Positions 37,890 through 47,838 of a DNA stretch of 57,314 nucleotides are shown here, in pieces. Position 1 is the stretch's first letter. Each line of letters opens with the position of its first letter. The notes under the pieces were generated by a model. That model did not search any database, was not told where the DNA came from, and saw nothing but the letters and a program-made list of their open reading frames with translations. The DNA is from a virus (lineage: Duplodnaviria > Caudoviricetes), in the IMG/VR virus record IMGVR_UViG_3300042884_000922, positions 1 to 57,314 of that record; one strand, written 5' to 3'. The position numbers and the translations under genes were made by a program.

Positions 37890-38810
37890 ATGAGTTATTA
37901 TTTTGAATTAGTTAAAGATTTGAATTCATCTATTGTGATCGTTGAACACAAAGACACATATAAATTTGTGACATGTAGCGATAAATATACTCCATCTAAA
38001 ATACGCAACGGGGAAAATTTAAGTGACGTTATACACTGCTATGATATAGTCAATGAGAAAATAATTGCAATACCTCTAGTTGAAATTATGCGTCATTATC
38101 ATCATGATATTGATAATATTGATGATAATGACGCAGAATATTTACGCAGAGCAAACATATTGCGTGATAAAATTAAAGGCTATGTCGTTGAAAATGTCAA
38201 TGTGTCATTTACTCAAATATATAATTCTTATGTTAAAACTATCTTTATAGATATCTACAATATTGAAAATACGTTGATTTTAGATTTTTTAAGCCGCACA
38301 AAATTTGCTTTAACACATAATGATTTTGTCTTGCCTGTAGTCCCTGAACATCGAAAACAAAGTGTTATCAATCTATGTAAATCGATAATATCATCTAAAT
38401 TAGATGATATATTATCTGAATTAAATACTATAAAGCAATCTAGTGACGACACTGAAGATATTGCAGACATTGATACAATTATACAAATGTATGAAGATAC
38501 TGTAAATGAAATTGACTATACAAGTTGTAAAAGTTTAATTGATTATTTTAATGTTTATCCTTCGCTATTATTGCCACGCCCAAAAGAAATAGATATATTA
38601 TTAGATGAATTTGGAAAAATATATAACCAAAGCGATGACTATGTTGATTTTATGAATATAGTTGACGATTTGTTGACATATAACGAAATGCGGGAATTAC
38701 TAGATGAATTAAATACTCTTCAACCAACATATAATCAAGAATCTAATGAAATGAATTTAACGAAGTTCAAAGAATATTTAAAGTATAAATTAAATAATGG
38801 ACATAAATGA
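37890..38810 (+). CDS. Hypothetical protein, first gene of the island
   Basis: 306-aa acidic ORF; N-terminus loosely resembles the WYL_2-like protein at 1408; remainder helical. Confidence 0.7.
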   Translation: MSYYFELVKDLNSSIVIVEHKDTYKFVTCSDKYTPSKIRNGENLSDVIHCYDIVNEKIIAIPLVEIMRHYHHDIDNIDDNDAEYLRRANILRDKIKGYVVENVNVSFTQIYNSYVKTIFIDIYNIENTLILDFLSRTKFALTHNDFVLPVVPEHRKQSVINLCKSIISSKLDDILSELNTIKQSSDDTEDIADIDTIIQMYEDTVNEIDYTSCKSLIDYFNVYPSLLLPRPKEIDILLDEFGKIYNQSDDYVDFMNIVDDLLTYNEMRELLDELNTLQPTYNQESNEMNLTKFKEYLKYKLNNGHK

Positions 38811-39828
38811 TTTTAGCGTACACTCTTTTGATGTTGACTATTCTACACCAAGAAATAACAGAGCAAAGCTAGACACAGGATTTCATTGCAATTATAAATG
38901 CGAATTTTGCTATTATCTGAATCATCTGCATCTCAAGACTTCGTTTGAAAAGATAAGAGAGCGAGTTGACTATATACGTGCATACGGCATAACCCAGATT
39001 GATCTTTCTGGTGGAGAAAGCTCTATACACAAAGACTGGTTCCAGATACTCGACTATTGCAACTCTAAATTTGAGCATATAAGCTGTCTTAGCAATGGAT
39101 CTGCATTTTCGAATGAAAAATTTTTAGTGCAGTCGAAACAACACGGACTAAAAGAGGTGTTGTTTAGTCTGCATGGCTATAACGAAGAAGTGCATGACTC
39201 TATAGTTGGTAAAGTTGGTGCATGGAAAAAGATACATTCTGCTATAGCTTATTGTAAAAAACACGATATACGAGTTCGAATAAACTGCACAGTCTATCAA
39301 AAAAACTATAGTGGTTTAGAGAGTTATGCAGAAGTTATAAAAAACATTGATCCATTTGAAGTTAACTTTTTAACACTCAATCATTGGGATGATTCGAGTA
39401 CATTTGAACCAATAGATGACTATGTCGCGCTTACTGACGCTATAAAGGGGTGTATTGATCTTATAAAGGATCAGATACGTCTAATTAATGTGCGCTACAC
39501 ACCTTATTGCTTTATGGTTGGTTATGAAAAGTATGTATGCAATCACTATCAGCACGTCTATGACATATATGATTGGAATAAAGAAATATATAACGAAACT
39601 TTAGATGTTTCTAAAACATATAATGACAAAGAAAAGATAGATTTAGGATATACTGCTGCGAAGGAAGAAAGATTGCGAACCTATAAAAAACCAATAGTGT
39701 GCATCCGTTGCAAATATTTTAATATATGTGATGGCATAGAAAAACAATCAAACGTAAAAGTATTGCCAGTTCGTGGTAAAAAAATAACTGACGTAAATTA
39801 CTATAGAAAAGATTTTTATGACATATAA
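38797..39828 (+). CDS. Radical SAM enzyme 1 (C-terminal CxxCx5C)
   Basis: CNYKCEFC, LSGGES, PYC and CIRCKYFNICDG. Confidence 0.9.
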   Translation: MDINDFSVHSFDVDYSTPRNNRAKLDTGFHCNYKCEFCYYLNHLHLKTSFEKIRERVDYIRAYGITQIDLSGGESSIHKDWFQILDYCNSKFEHISCLSNGSAFSNEKFLVQSKQHGLKEVLFSLHGYNEEVHDSIVGKVGAWKKIHSAIAYCKKHDIRVRINCTVYQKNYSGLESYAEVIKNIDPFEVNFLTLNHWDDSSTFEPIDDYVALTDAIKGCIDLIKDQIRLINVRYTPYCFMVGYEKYVCNHYQHVYDIYDWNKEIYNETLDVSKTYNDKEKIDLGYTAAKEERLRTYKKPIVCIRCKYFNICDGIEKQSNVKVLPVRGKKITDVNYYRKDFYDI

Positions 39829-40726
39829 TGGAGAAAATATTGTCAGTTGCGGAATAAAAAATTATAATTTTAAAACATTTACTTGGAAACTTATAGATGT
39901 ATGTAATCAGCAATGTTCGTATTGCAATGAAGGATTTGGGTCAGAACAATTTAGACCAAAATCTTCTTTTTTTAAAGACGAGAAACAACTTACATCATAT
40001 AAAAATGTTTTAAAGATTCTTAAGTTACGTTCTATCGGAAAATTTGAAGTGGATATTATAGGAGGAGAACCTACTTTGCATCCAAATATACACGATATAT
40101 TATTTAATATTAATTCTATAGAAAATTGTGAAGAAATAAGTTTACTAACTAATTTGAAAAAACCTTTTTCATTTTTTGAAAAATTTAATGATGAAAAATA
40201 TAATAAGCTATTATTTTGTCCATCAATTCACTTTGAATACTACACTCCAGAATTATTAGATAAATGCATTAAAATAAATAATTTTAAATATACTAAAATA
40301 ATCCCTATAGTTATGTTACATGATAATCCTAAGTATTGGGATAATATGGAAATTTTTATTAGCAAACTAATAGAATATAATGTAGAATATACTATATCAT
40401 TTATAAATTCGTGCTATGATTATATAGTAAATTATACTCCAGAATTCTATTCTAGATTTAATAAATTTTTTACTTATGATGATAACAAATATCTATTTAA
40501 TAATAAACTACTTCTTGATAAATATGATATACATTCCAATCAATTGATGAATTTTACGGGTTGGAGATGCAAACCTTGTCGTTATATTATAAAGCATACT
40601 GGAGAAATATCAAATGCATGTACCGGGAAATCATTTAGTTTTATTAATAATGATTCATTTATAACATGTGGTGTTGATAAATGTGGATGCAATATACAAT
40701 GGAACTATGAAAAATATAAACCATAA
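39818..40726 (+). CDS. Radical SAM enzyme 2 (twitch-like Cys-rich C-terminus)
   Basis: CNQQCSYC, IIGGEPTLHP, FTGWRC...NAC...TCGVDKCGC. Confidence 0.9.
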   Translation: MTYNGENIVSCGIKNYNFKTFTWKLIDVCNQQCSYCNEGFGSEQFRPKSSFFKDEKQLTSYKNVLKILKLRSIGKFEVDIIGGEPTLHPNIHDILFNINSIENCEEISLLTNLKKPFSFFEKFNDEKYNKLLFCPSIHFEYYTPELLDKCIKINNFKYTKIIPIVMLHDNPKYWDNMEIFISKLIEYNVEYTISFINSCYDYIVNYTPEFYSRFNKFFTYDDNKYLFNNKLLLDKYDIHSNQLMNFTGWRCKPCRYIIKHTGEISNACTGKSFSFINNDSFITCGVDKCGCNIQWNYEKYKP

Positions 40727-41687
40727 GTTTCTTAGCTTAGATAATAGCTATGACTTGTATCTAACAATGACTTGGGTACATGACCACAATCATGGCATAT
40801 GTGGTCATGTCTATGAAATAATAGACTATTATCTTTTACTGAGTAAAAAATTTAAAGTAGGTATATTGATATGCGAAGATATGACATGGCAAATGTTTGA
40901 ATCTTGTATTCGATCAAAATACTCTCTTGATGAAAGCACTATTTGTTGCATAAAAAATGATATTACTTTTTGTAATCGACCAAAATGGGTACTTGGACTG
41001 GATACAAACATTTTGTTTGTTGATGGAGGTCTACTAAATTCAATTGCAGCGTTTGGCGTAAACTTGATGGTTAAAAATATATTTTCTTTTAAGTGTAATC
41101 CAGATGATACACACTACAATCTGCCTTATAAAAATATAACTCTATTGCAAGACAATCGTGTATATGATGATAAAGATTCTGAAACTGCAATACAATACAT
41201 AAAAAAGATAGGGTTTAGATACTATAAAGAATATGACTCCGTAAAAACAGATACAGCTCTGCTTTATTGCACTACAAATTGTAAAAAACTATGCAACGTT
41301 TCCATACTAGACATAGTTTTTGAATATGGTTTTAAAAACTATATGCTGCTCACAAATGACCGTGAACAGTATGCATCGTTGTCAAACAGTTTTAAGCAGA
41401 TAAGTTTTCCAACTATGCCTGTAGAAGATATTTTTCAAAAATTTGATAGCTACATCTATACTCCTACAGGAGGAGGTATTACAACTCGAAAGTTTGACTG
41501 CAGTCCACGATTTATAGTTGAATGTGCTCACTATGGAAAAAATGTCATCTATCATGCAATAGATCACGATTATTTAGAGATTGACCGTGGTTTAAAATGG
41601 AGAAGATATGATATAGAAAACAATCTTAAAGGTTTATATCTAGATGATTCTGATGAGCTTATAGATATACTATATGATCGGCTTTGA
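40707..41687 (+). CDS. Putative GT-B fold glycosyltransferase
   Basis: C-terminal FDCSPRFIVECAHYGKNVIY matches the GT-B (D/E)x7E...G.PVI donor-binding helix; N-terminal Gly loop HGICGH. Confidence 0.55.
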   Translation: MKNINHKFLSLDNSYDLYLTMTWVHDHNHGICGHVYEIIDYYLLLSKKFKVGILICEDMTWQMFESCIRSKYSLDESTICCIKNDITFCNRPKWVLGLDTNILFVDGGLLNSIAAFGVNLMVKNIFSFKCNPDDTHYNLPYKNITLLQDNRVYDDKDSETAIQYIKKIGFRYYKEYDSVKTDTALLYCTTNCKKLCNVSILDIVFEYGFKNYMLLTNDREQYASLSNSFKQISFPTMPVEDIFQKFDSYIYTPTGGGITTRKFDCSPRFIVECAHYGKNVIYHAIDHDYLEIDRGLKWRRYDIENNLKGLYLDDSDELIDILYDRL

Positions 41688-42696
41688 AAATAGAGTAACA
41701 TCATTTGAAATGATACCCCACTCAGAGTGGTTTGACTATGATTTAAAGGTTACATTAAAGCCTACATTTAAATGTAATCATAAATGTTGGTTTTGCACAG
41801 AATATGATAATTCTACAAAATCATGGACAAAAGAGCAGTGTGATCTGGTGCTCCAAAAATTAAAGGATATACCACAAAGCAAAAAGCGTATATTTTTTTA
41901 TTTTTATGGTGGTGAACCTACACTCAGTAAACATTGGGAATATCTAAACTATCGACTTGTTGAAATTTTCAAAGATCGCGAACTTTTTATACAAACACAA
42001 ACAAATCTTAGTCTCAAGGCAGAACGATTAGAGAGGTTTTTACAGCGCATAAACACTATAAAATCTGACTCACATAAGATTGATATTTGTAGTAGTTATC
42101 ACCTAAATAAACAGCGCGTGAATGAGTTTGTAGAAAAGATGCATATATGTGATCGCTACAACTCTTTAGGTTTTTGTTTTTTTAGTACTGAATTGTTGCA
42201 TAAAGAACAGACTTTACGAGAAATACAATCTATCATTGATGCGTATCCTTCTAAATTAAAGATGCGATTTACTGAAATATATAATCTACAATATAGAAAT
42301 ATTCCAGAATATGCCGAGTATTTAACGGATTCGTATTTACTTGGAGATGATCATGGTAAGAGTTTGGAATTTCGATATTGGCTAAAATATTATCCAGAAT
42401 TACGACAATATTTTGAAAAAGCATGGGACTTTAAAGTAAATGATCAGATTTTTAATTTTTCTGAAGTGTCTGCATACAATATTCATATGAAATTTAAGTT
42501 TATGAAATGTGAATGTGGAGTTAAAAATATGGTTATTGATCATAATTTAAAAGTATATCATTGTAACGATGATTTTTATAACAATAGAAATATTACGAAT
42601 CTATCAGACTTAAATTTAGAATGCTATTTAAATAAATCAGTTAGATGTCTAAATAATGCGTGTTATGATGGACTCGATCATAAAAAAATATTATGA
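41674..42696 (+). CDS. Radical SAM enzyme 3
   Basis: CNHKCWFC, FYGGEPTL, QTN, SSYH, FKFMKC...YHC...RCLNNAC. Confidence 0.9.
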   Translation: MIGFENRVTSFEMIPHSEWFDYDLKVTLKPTFKCNHKCWFCTEYDNSTKSWTKEQCDLVLQKLKDIPQSKKRIFFYFYGGEPTLSKHWEYLNYRLVEIFKDRELFIQTQTNLSLKAERLERFLQRINTIKSDSHKIDICSSYHLNKQRVNEFVEKMHICDRYNSLGFCFFSTELLHKEQTLREIQSIIDAYPSKLKMRFTEIYNLQYRNIPEYAEYLTDSYLLGDDHGKSLEFRYWLKYYPELRQYFEKAWDFKVNDQIFNFSEVSAYNIHMKFKFMKCECGVKNMVIDHNLKVYHCNDDFYNNRNITNLSDLNLECYLNKSVRCLNNACYDGLDHKKIL

Positions 42697-43313
42697 TAAG
42701 TATATTGATACCAACTCATAGACGACCTCTTTTATTTAAACGGTGTATTAGTAGTGTACTAAATCAAATTACTGATATACAATATGAAATTTTAGTTAAT
42801 AATGATAGTCATGATATAGAAGAAATTTATGATGATAGAATTAATATTAAATATTTTTATAACAAATATTCAGATTTATCTTTAGTTTACAAATCCCTGT
42901 TTGATGCAGCAAAATATCCATATATTTTTTATCTAGAAGATGATGACTATATGCTTCCAAATTTTTTTACGCATATAGATTTTTCTGTTGACATAAATTT
43001 TTGTGAATATATAAGTTTACCTCATATTCAAGAAAATACTCAAATTGCATTATATCGTCAAAAAATTAATAGAAAATATGCACATTATATTAATGCTAAA
43101 AATTTTATAACCAATGCTAATATGGAATATTTTCAACTGTCGCAATTGTGTGCATTTAGGAAAAGTTTATTAAATGAATTTCCAACTGGTAATAATATCG
43201 AAAATGATTTGTTGCTTTTTAAGAATATAAGTAAAAATGCGTCATCTTTTAATTATATTCCTAAAAAATTATGGGTGCAAACTACACATGGAGGAGATAA
43301 TATTAGTTTTTAA
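42693..43313 (+). CDS. Glycosyltransferase family 2 (GT-A)
   Basis: ISILIPTHRR...CISSVLNQ...YEILVNND...YLEDDD (DxD)...END. Confidence 0.85.
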   Translation: MISILIPTHRRPLLFKRCISSVLNQITDIQYEILVNNDSHDIEEIYDDRINIKYFYNKYSDLSLVYKSLFDAAKYPYIFYLEDDDYMLPNFFTHIDFSVDINFCEYISLPHIQENTQIALYRQKINRKYAHYINAKNFITNANMEYFQLSQLCAFRKSLLNEFPTGNNIENDLLLFKNISKNASSFNYIPKKLWVQTTHGGDNISF

Positions 43314-43314
43314 T

Positions 43315-44274
43315 ATGGAATATATTGAACAATTTAGAATACCTAGTAAAGAACCAGCATCTGGTTCTTATGGTTTATCACATTCCTTTCGCCTGCACTG
43401 GGATATTAATACTATATGTGATAAAAATTGTTTTTATTGCTATGCACGTGAGCAATTAAAATGGAATGAACTGTCATCAAAACCAATATTAGATAATATA
43501 CTCGAACAGTTAAAAAATATCAATAAACCGTTAGAGGTTATTTTATTGGGTGGAGAACCATCAATGCATCCGTTATATTTCTATGTGTTGCGCGAATTAG
43601 AAAAAATTGATCATTTAAAATGTAGTGCTGTATTGAGTAATTGTGGCAAAACAGTAAACTATAAATGGATTGACCGTCATTCACAGTTTAAAAAGTTTTG
43701 GTTTAATTTTTCTTTTCATCCGTCTGAAACAAATGATCTCGATGATTATACGAGTAAAATATTATATGCAAAAAAACAAGGTTATAATGTACTCGTTCAC
43801 GTGTTATTAGTGGGTCATGCTTGGGACGAAAAAATTTCACATATAGTAAATTTCTGTCATGACAATAATATACACATGAAACCAAACGTGTTGTATACGC
43901 CAAAAGATAGTAGTGACTATCTAAATAAGTCTGAAAAATATAAGCAATGGATCTCTAAGTATAGTGATAAATTTGAGAAATATTTGTATTTCTCAAAAAA
44001 ACAATTGGAAAGAAATATTCCAGGAAATCAAACACTTCAAAATTTAATATTAGATAAAGACTATATTTTGTTAAATGATATAGACGTCTATCTAAATGAT
44101 TTAAATAAATTTAAAGGTTGGAAATGTTTACAGAATAATTATGTCGTTGAAGGTTCAAATAATGCAAAAATTATGAGAATGTGCGATAATACGCAAACTG
44201 GTGAATATATGATATGTCCGCTTGAACGCTGTATGTGTCAAGGATTACTTACTAATGAAAAATTTAAAATATAA
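43315..44274 (+). CDS. Radical SAM enzyme 4
   Basis: CDKNCFYC, LLGGEPSMHP, FSFHP, FKGWKC...RMC...ICPLERCMC; ATG 43315 follows the GT2 stop. Confidence 0.9.
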   Translation: MEYIEQFRIPSKEPASGSYGLSHSFRLHWDINTICDKNCFYCYAREQLKWNELSSKPILDNILEQLKNINKPLEVILLGGEPSMHPLYFYVLRELEKIDHLKCSAVLSNCGKTVNYKWIDRHSQFKKFWFNFSFHPSETNDLDDYTSKILYAKKQGYNVLVHVLLVGHAWDEKISHIVNFCHDNNIHMKPNVLYTPKDSSDYLNKSEKYKQWISKYSDKFEKYLYFSKKQLERNIPGNQTLQNLILDKDYILLNDIDVYLNDLNKFKGWKCLQNNYVVEGSNNAKIMRMCDNTQTGEYMICPLERCMCQGLLTNEKFKI

Positions 44275-45142
44275 TCAGATAGAAACTGATACATCTCGCT
44301 TTGGTTTTACTCTAGAAATACATCTAACTGAGATGTGTAATTATAATTGTTCATATTGTAATCTTCATAATATGAATAAATATTCGGTTATTGATTATGA
44401 TAAGTTATTTAGTATAAAATATCCACCAAATACTCGCGCTTTTATTTTAGGCGGAGAACCGACAATTGATAAAAATTTAATAGATTTAATTAAAAAATTA
44501 AATGAGTATAAAATATACAATATAGACATACAAACTAACCTTTCAACTAACATACATAAAATAGTTGAAAGGTTAGAAAAAAATAATTTAAATGTTAAAT
44601 TTTTCTCGTCATTTCATAATGAATTTGCAGACTTTAAATCATTTGTCGATAAAAATAAATTTTTAGTTGAATCAAATTATTATGGAGGCATTCATTATAT
44701 GTGGTCAAGAGCATTTGGAAAATTATCTTTAACTAGATTTAATATTTTAAATAAGTTATTTGATAATGTTTCGCTTGAACCATTATTGCCGCATTCATTT
44801 GATGAAGATGAATGGAATAAAAAAATAGAATTGCATGCATTTAACGAATTAAATTTAATGCATTTTAGTAAACGACTGTCTCCAATAATAGAAATAGATG
44901 GTGTTGAAATGAGCATTGGTGATGCTCTACTAAATAATTATGAAAGGGGATTACGCGGAATAAAGTGTAGTATTCCAAAATATGCAATAACGTTTTCAGT
45001 TACACAAAATAAATTTTTTAATTGTTGTTTTGATTTGGTTGCAAATAACGAATTCTCATATGATCAATGGAAAACTGGGGAGTGCAAATGCAAACATAAA
45101 ATGTGTTGTGCTGATATAGAATATCCTAAAATTCGAAAATAA
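44255..45142 (+). CDS. Radical SAM enzyme 5
   Basis: CNYNCSYC, ILGGEPT, QTN, SSFH, LRGIKC...NCC...CKCKHKMCC. Confidence 0.9.
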   Translation: MKNLKYNQIETDTSRFGFTLEIHLTEMCNYNCSYCNLHNMNKYSVIDYDKLFSIKYPPNTRAFILGGEPTIDKNLIDLIKKLNEYKIYNIDIQTNLSTNIHKIVERLEKNNLNVKFFSSFHNEFADFKSFVDKNKFLVESNYYGGIHYMWSRAFGKLSLTRFNILNKLFDNVSLEPLLPHSFDEDEWNKKIELHAFNELNLMHFSKRLSPIIEIDGVEMSIGDALLNNYERGLRGIKCSIPKYAITFSVTQNKFFNCCFDLVANNEFSYDQWKTGECKCKHKMCCADIEYPKIRK

Positions 45143-46122
45143 TGTTTACGCATGATAAAATAACTAACATTGAAATAGACTTAATAGATGTTTGTAATCT
45201 ATCATGTCCAATGTGTTCTCGCAATGATTTTGTATCAAACCAAAATTTAAAAGGATGTGTTAAATATTTACCTCTTGAAAAAAACATAGAGATATTAGAT
45301 AGATTTGTCAATCTTAAACATATTTCATTTATAGGAATACGCTCAGAATCAACTCTATATAAAAATTTTATACCTTTTTTGAAATATATTAAAGGCAGAA
45401 ATATAACAGTTGATATAAGCACAAATGCAACTGCTAGATCTGATGATTGGTGGAAAGAATTGGGAGAAACATTAGATTCTAATGATAGCATTAAATTTGC
45501 AATTGATGGATCAACACAAGAAATTTACGAAAAGTATAGACGCGGAGGAAATTTAAATAATATATTAAATCATCATCATATAATCAAAGACAATTCGAAG
45601 TGTAAAAGAGTTTTGCAATTTGTCATGTTTTCTTATAATCAACATGATTTACAAAATATAATAAAATTAAAAAATGAATATCAATTTGATGATTTGTTAG
45701 TTATACCAGCATCATATACAATAGACAATCGCGAGGATACAATGTTAAAATCACCTACGTCATTAGATTATGATCCAACTGATTTTAGTCCGCCACGAAA
45801 AATTTATACTGTACATAAATTTTTAGAAAAATATATTAAAAAAAATAATACCAATCTAAAAATAGAATGCACATCATATAAAAATAATAGTTTGTTTATT
45901 AATCATATGGGAGGATATTCATTGTGTTGCCATCATAATGGCTATATGATTCGTGAAAAGACATTTCATGATAATCAAGACATGAACTTTATAAATAATG
46001 AACACATGACAAAAGTTATAAATGGTAAATATGATTTTTGCCGAATGTATTGCACAGATTTGTGTAAAAAATACATAAATTCTGTATCACACATAGATGG
46101 TATTTTAGTTGATACTATATAA
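45142..46122 (+). CDS. Radical SAM enzyme 6 (twitch/SPASM-like, atypical GGE motif)
   Basis: CNLSCPMC, FIGIRSES in place of GGEP, STNA, FAIDG...YEKYRRGG, IEC...SLCC...CRMYC. Confidence 0.88.
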   Translation: MFTHDKITNIEIDLIDVCNLSCPMCSRNDFVSNQNLKGCVKYLPLEKNIEILDRFVNLKHISFIGIRSESTLYKNFIPFLKYIKGRNITVDISTNATARSDDWWKELGETLDSNDSIKFAIDGSTQEIYEKYRRGGNLNNILNHHHIIKDNSKCKRVLQFVMFSYNQHDLQNIIKLKNEYQFDDLLVIPASYTIDNREDTMLKSPTSLDYDPTDFSPPRKIYTVHKFLEKYIKKNNTNLKIECTSYKNNSLFINHMGGYSLCCHHNGYMIREKTFHDNQDMNFINNEHMTKVINGKYDFCRMYCTDLCKKYINSVSHIDGILVDTI

Positions 46123-46125
46123 ATA
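46118..46125 (+). promoter_or_regulatory. T4-type late promoter TATAAATA inside the enzyme island
   Basis: Exact motif in one of the few intergenic gaps, 13 nt before ATG 46139; local AT richness lowers its significance. Confidence 0.55.
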
Positions 46126-46138
46126 AAATATCATCCAT

Positions 46139-46750
46139 ATGATACAGAAGCAGAATATATTGAAAATATATAATCAATATTTAAAACCCAATTTTTGTTC
46201 TCCTTCCATAATTAAAGTTATAGAAGGAGACTGTATTATAATTTTTAAGAGTAATAATGTGTATTATTTGTTATACCTAGAATATGATATAAGTGAAGCA
46301 GTTCATCAATCTCTAAATAAAATATATTCAATTGCTAATAAAATATCTTTATTCCCAAAATTTAAATATAGTAAATCAACTGGATACGAATATTTTTATA
46401 TTTTTGAACTGCCATTTAAATCTAACTTTAAACAAGTTTCTGAAAAAAATATTTATAATATCAAAGATTTTTTAATTAAAAAAATTACGAGAAATAAAAA
46501 CTTACAATGTAGATACAGTGATAAAATTGAAAAATTTATACAAGAAACTGATAATTTTTATATAAGGTGGGACGAATTACCAAACTATGCTAGTTTTAAA
46601 CCTATTGACAGCAATGAAATATTTTATATTTTTGAAAAATTAGATTCTTCTCAAATATATGAAGACGAATTTAACAATTTATGTTTTATAGGTATTAATA
46701 GTATTCTTCCAGTTAAATATAAAATATCATTTAAACACATAAAAATTTAA
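46139..46750 (+). CDS. Hypothetical protein
   Basis: 203-aa ORF filling the gap between rSAM6 and rSAM7; TAATG coupling to rSAM7. Confidence 0.7.
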   Translation: MIQKQNILKIYNQYLKPNFCSPSIIKVIEGDCIIIFKSNNVYYLLYLEYDISEAVHQSLNKIYSIANKISLFPKFKYSKSTGYEYFYIFELPFKSNFKQVSEKNIYNIKDFLIKKITRNKNLQCRYSDKIEKFIQETDNFYIRWDELPNYASFKPIDSNEIFYIFEKLDSSQIYEDEFNNLCFIGINSILPVKYKISFKHIKI

Positions 46751-47838
46751 TGAATTATATTGCTACAAAATTAGAAAATATAAAATCAATAAGAGGAATT
46801 AATTCATTAGATCATTTTTCTATAGAAATCCAATCTACTACTCGGTGTAATTATAAATGTCATTATTGTACAGATTTAAGAATTAACGAAAATTATAATG
46901 TTATTTTTAATAAAGAGAACGTTAAAAATTTATTATTATCAATAAAAAAAATATTTAACAAAAAAATACATATTTTTATATATGGCGGTGAACCTACATT
47001 ATATCCAGATTTATTAAATTTAATAAATAGCATAACTGAAGTTTTAGAAAATGAAGACGTTATTTACATAGCATCAAATCTAAGTATTAGTGAAAAACGA
47101 TTAATAGAATTTTCAAATAATATAAAGCATAAAAAATATGTAAAATTTAGTGTTAGTTATCATAGTACTGAGTGTAAAGATTTAAAAAAATTAATTAATA
47201 AATGTTTATATCTTAAACAAAATAATTTGTTATTAGATATAAATGTAATGTATAATTCTAAAATCAATTCTTTAACTACATTTAATTTACTATGTTTGCT
47301 TTTTGGCAAACATATGTGTAATATAGAACCGCTTTTTAACAGTAGAATAGATCAAAGTATCGTAGACAATAATAACAGCCACTTAGAAATAGATTATATT
47401 CACGATAAGTTTAATATTGATCAATTAGAAAAATTAAGTAAATTTACATATTCAAAAAATATAATTTATTCTGATTATAATGATAATACTACATATATAA
47501 GTAGAGGAGAACTTTGGCACGACAGAAAAAATAATTTTTATGGAATGTCATGTGAAGTTTCTAAATGGAAATTACATATTGATTGGTATGGAGACACATA
47601 TAGTTGTTTTAATCAACAATTTTCAAATAATAAACCACTTTTTAATATTAATGAAACTGGGATTGATTATGAAACCATATTAAAAAATACTAAATGTATT
47701 GTTTGCCCTTTTAATATTTGTTTTCATGATATACATATTAAAAAAGAATTTACAAATGATTCTACAAAACCAATGATTCTCAATAGATTTTTCGGTACAA
47801 AACAATATAAGACTTCTAGGAAAACACATGTTACATGA
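46750..47838 (+). CDS. Radical SAM enzyme 7
   Basis: CNYKCHYC, IYGGEPTLYP, ASN, VSYH, FYGMSC...YSC...CIVCPFNIC. Confidence 0.9.
   Translation: MNYIATKLENIKSIRGINSLDHFSIEIQSTTRCNYKCHYCTDLRINENYNVIFNKENVKNLLLSIKKIFNKKIHIFIYGGEPTLYPDLLNLINSITEVLENEDVIYIASNLSISEKRLIEFSNNIKHKKYVKFSVSYHSTECKDLKKLINKCLYLKQNNLLLDINVMYNSKINSLTTFNLLCLLFGKHMCNIEPLFNSRIDQSIVDNNNSHLEIDYIHDKFNIDQLEKLSKFTYSKNIIYSDYNDNTTYISRGELWHDRKNNFYGMSCEVSKWKLHIDWYGDTYSCFNQQFSNNKPLFNINETGIDYETILKNTKCIVCPFNICFHDIHIKKEFTNDSTKPMILNRFFGTKQYKTSRKTHVT

Noticed and set aside
38797-47838. Radical SAMs as QueE (7-deazaguanine DNA modification), NrdG or MoaA
   Set aside because: No QueC/QueD/FolE/DpdA, NrdD or MoaC partners in the window; neighbours are sugar enzymes. 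DNA modification is not strictly excluded because the rest of the genome is unseen
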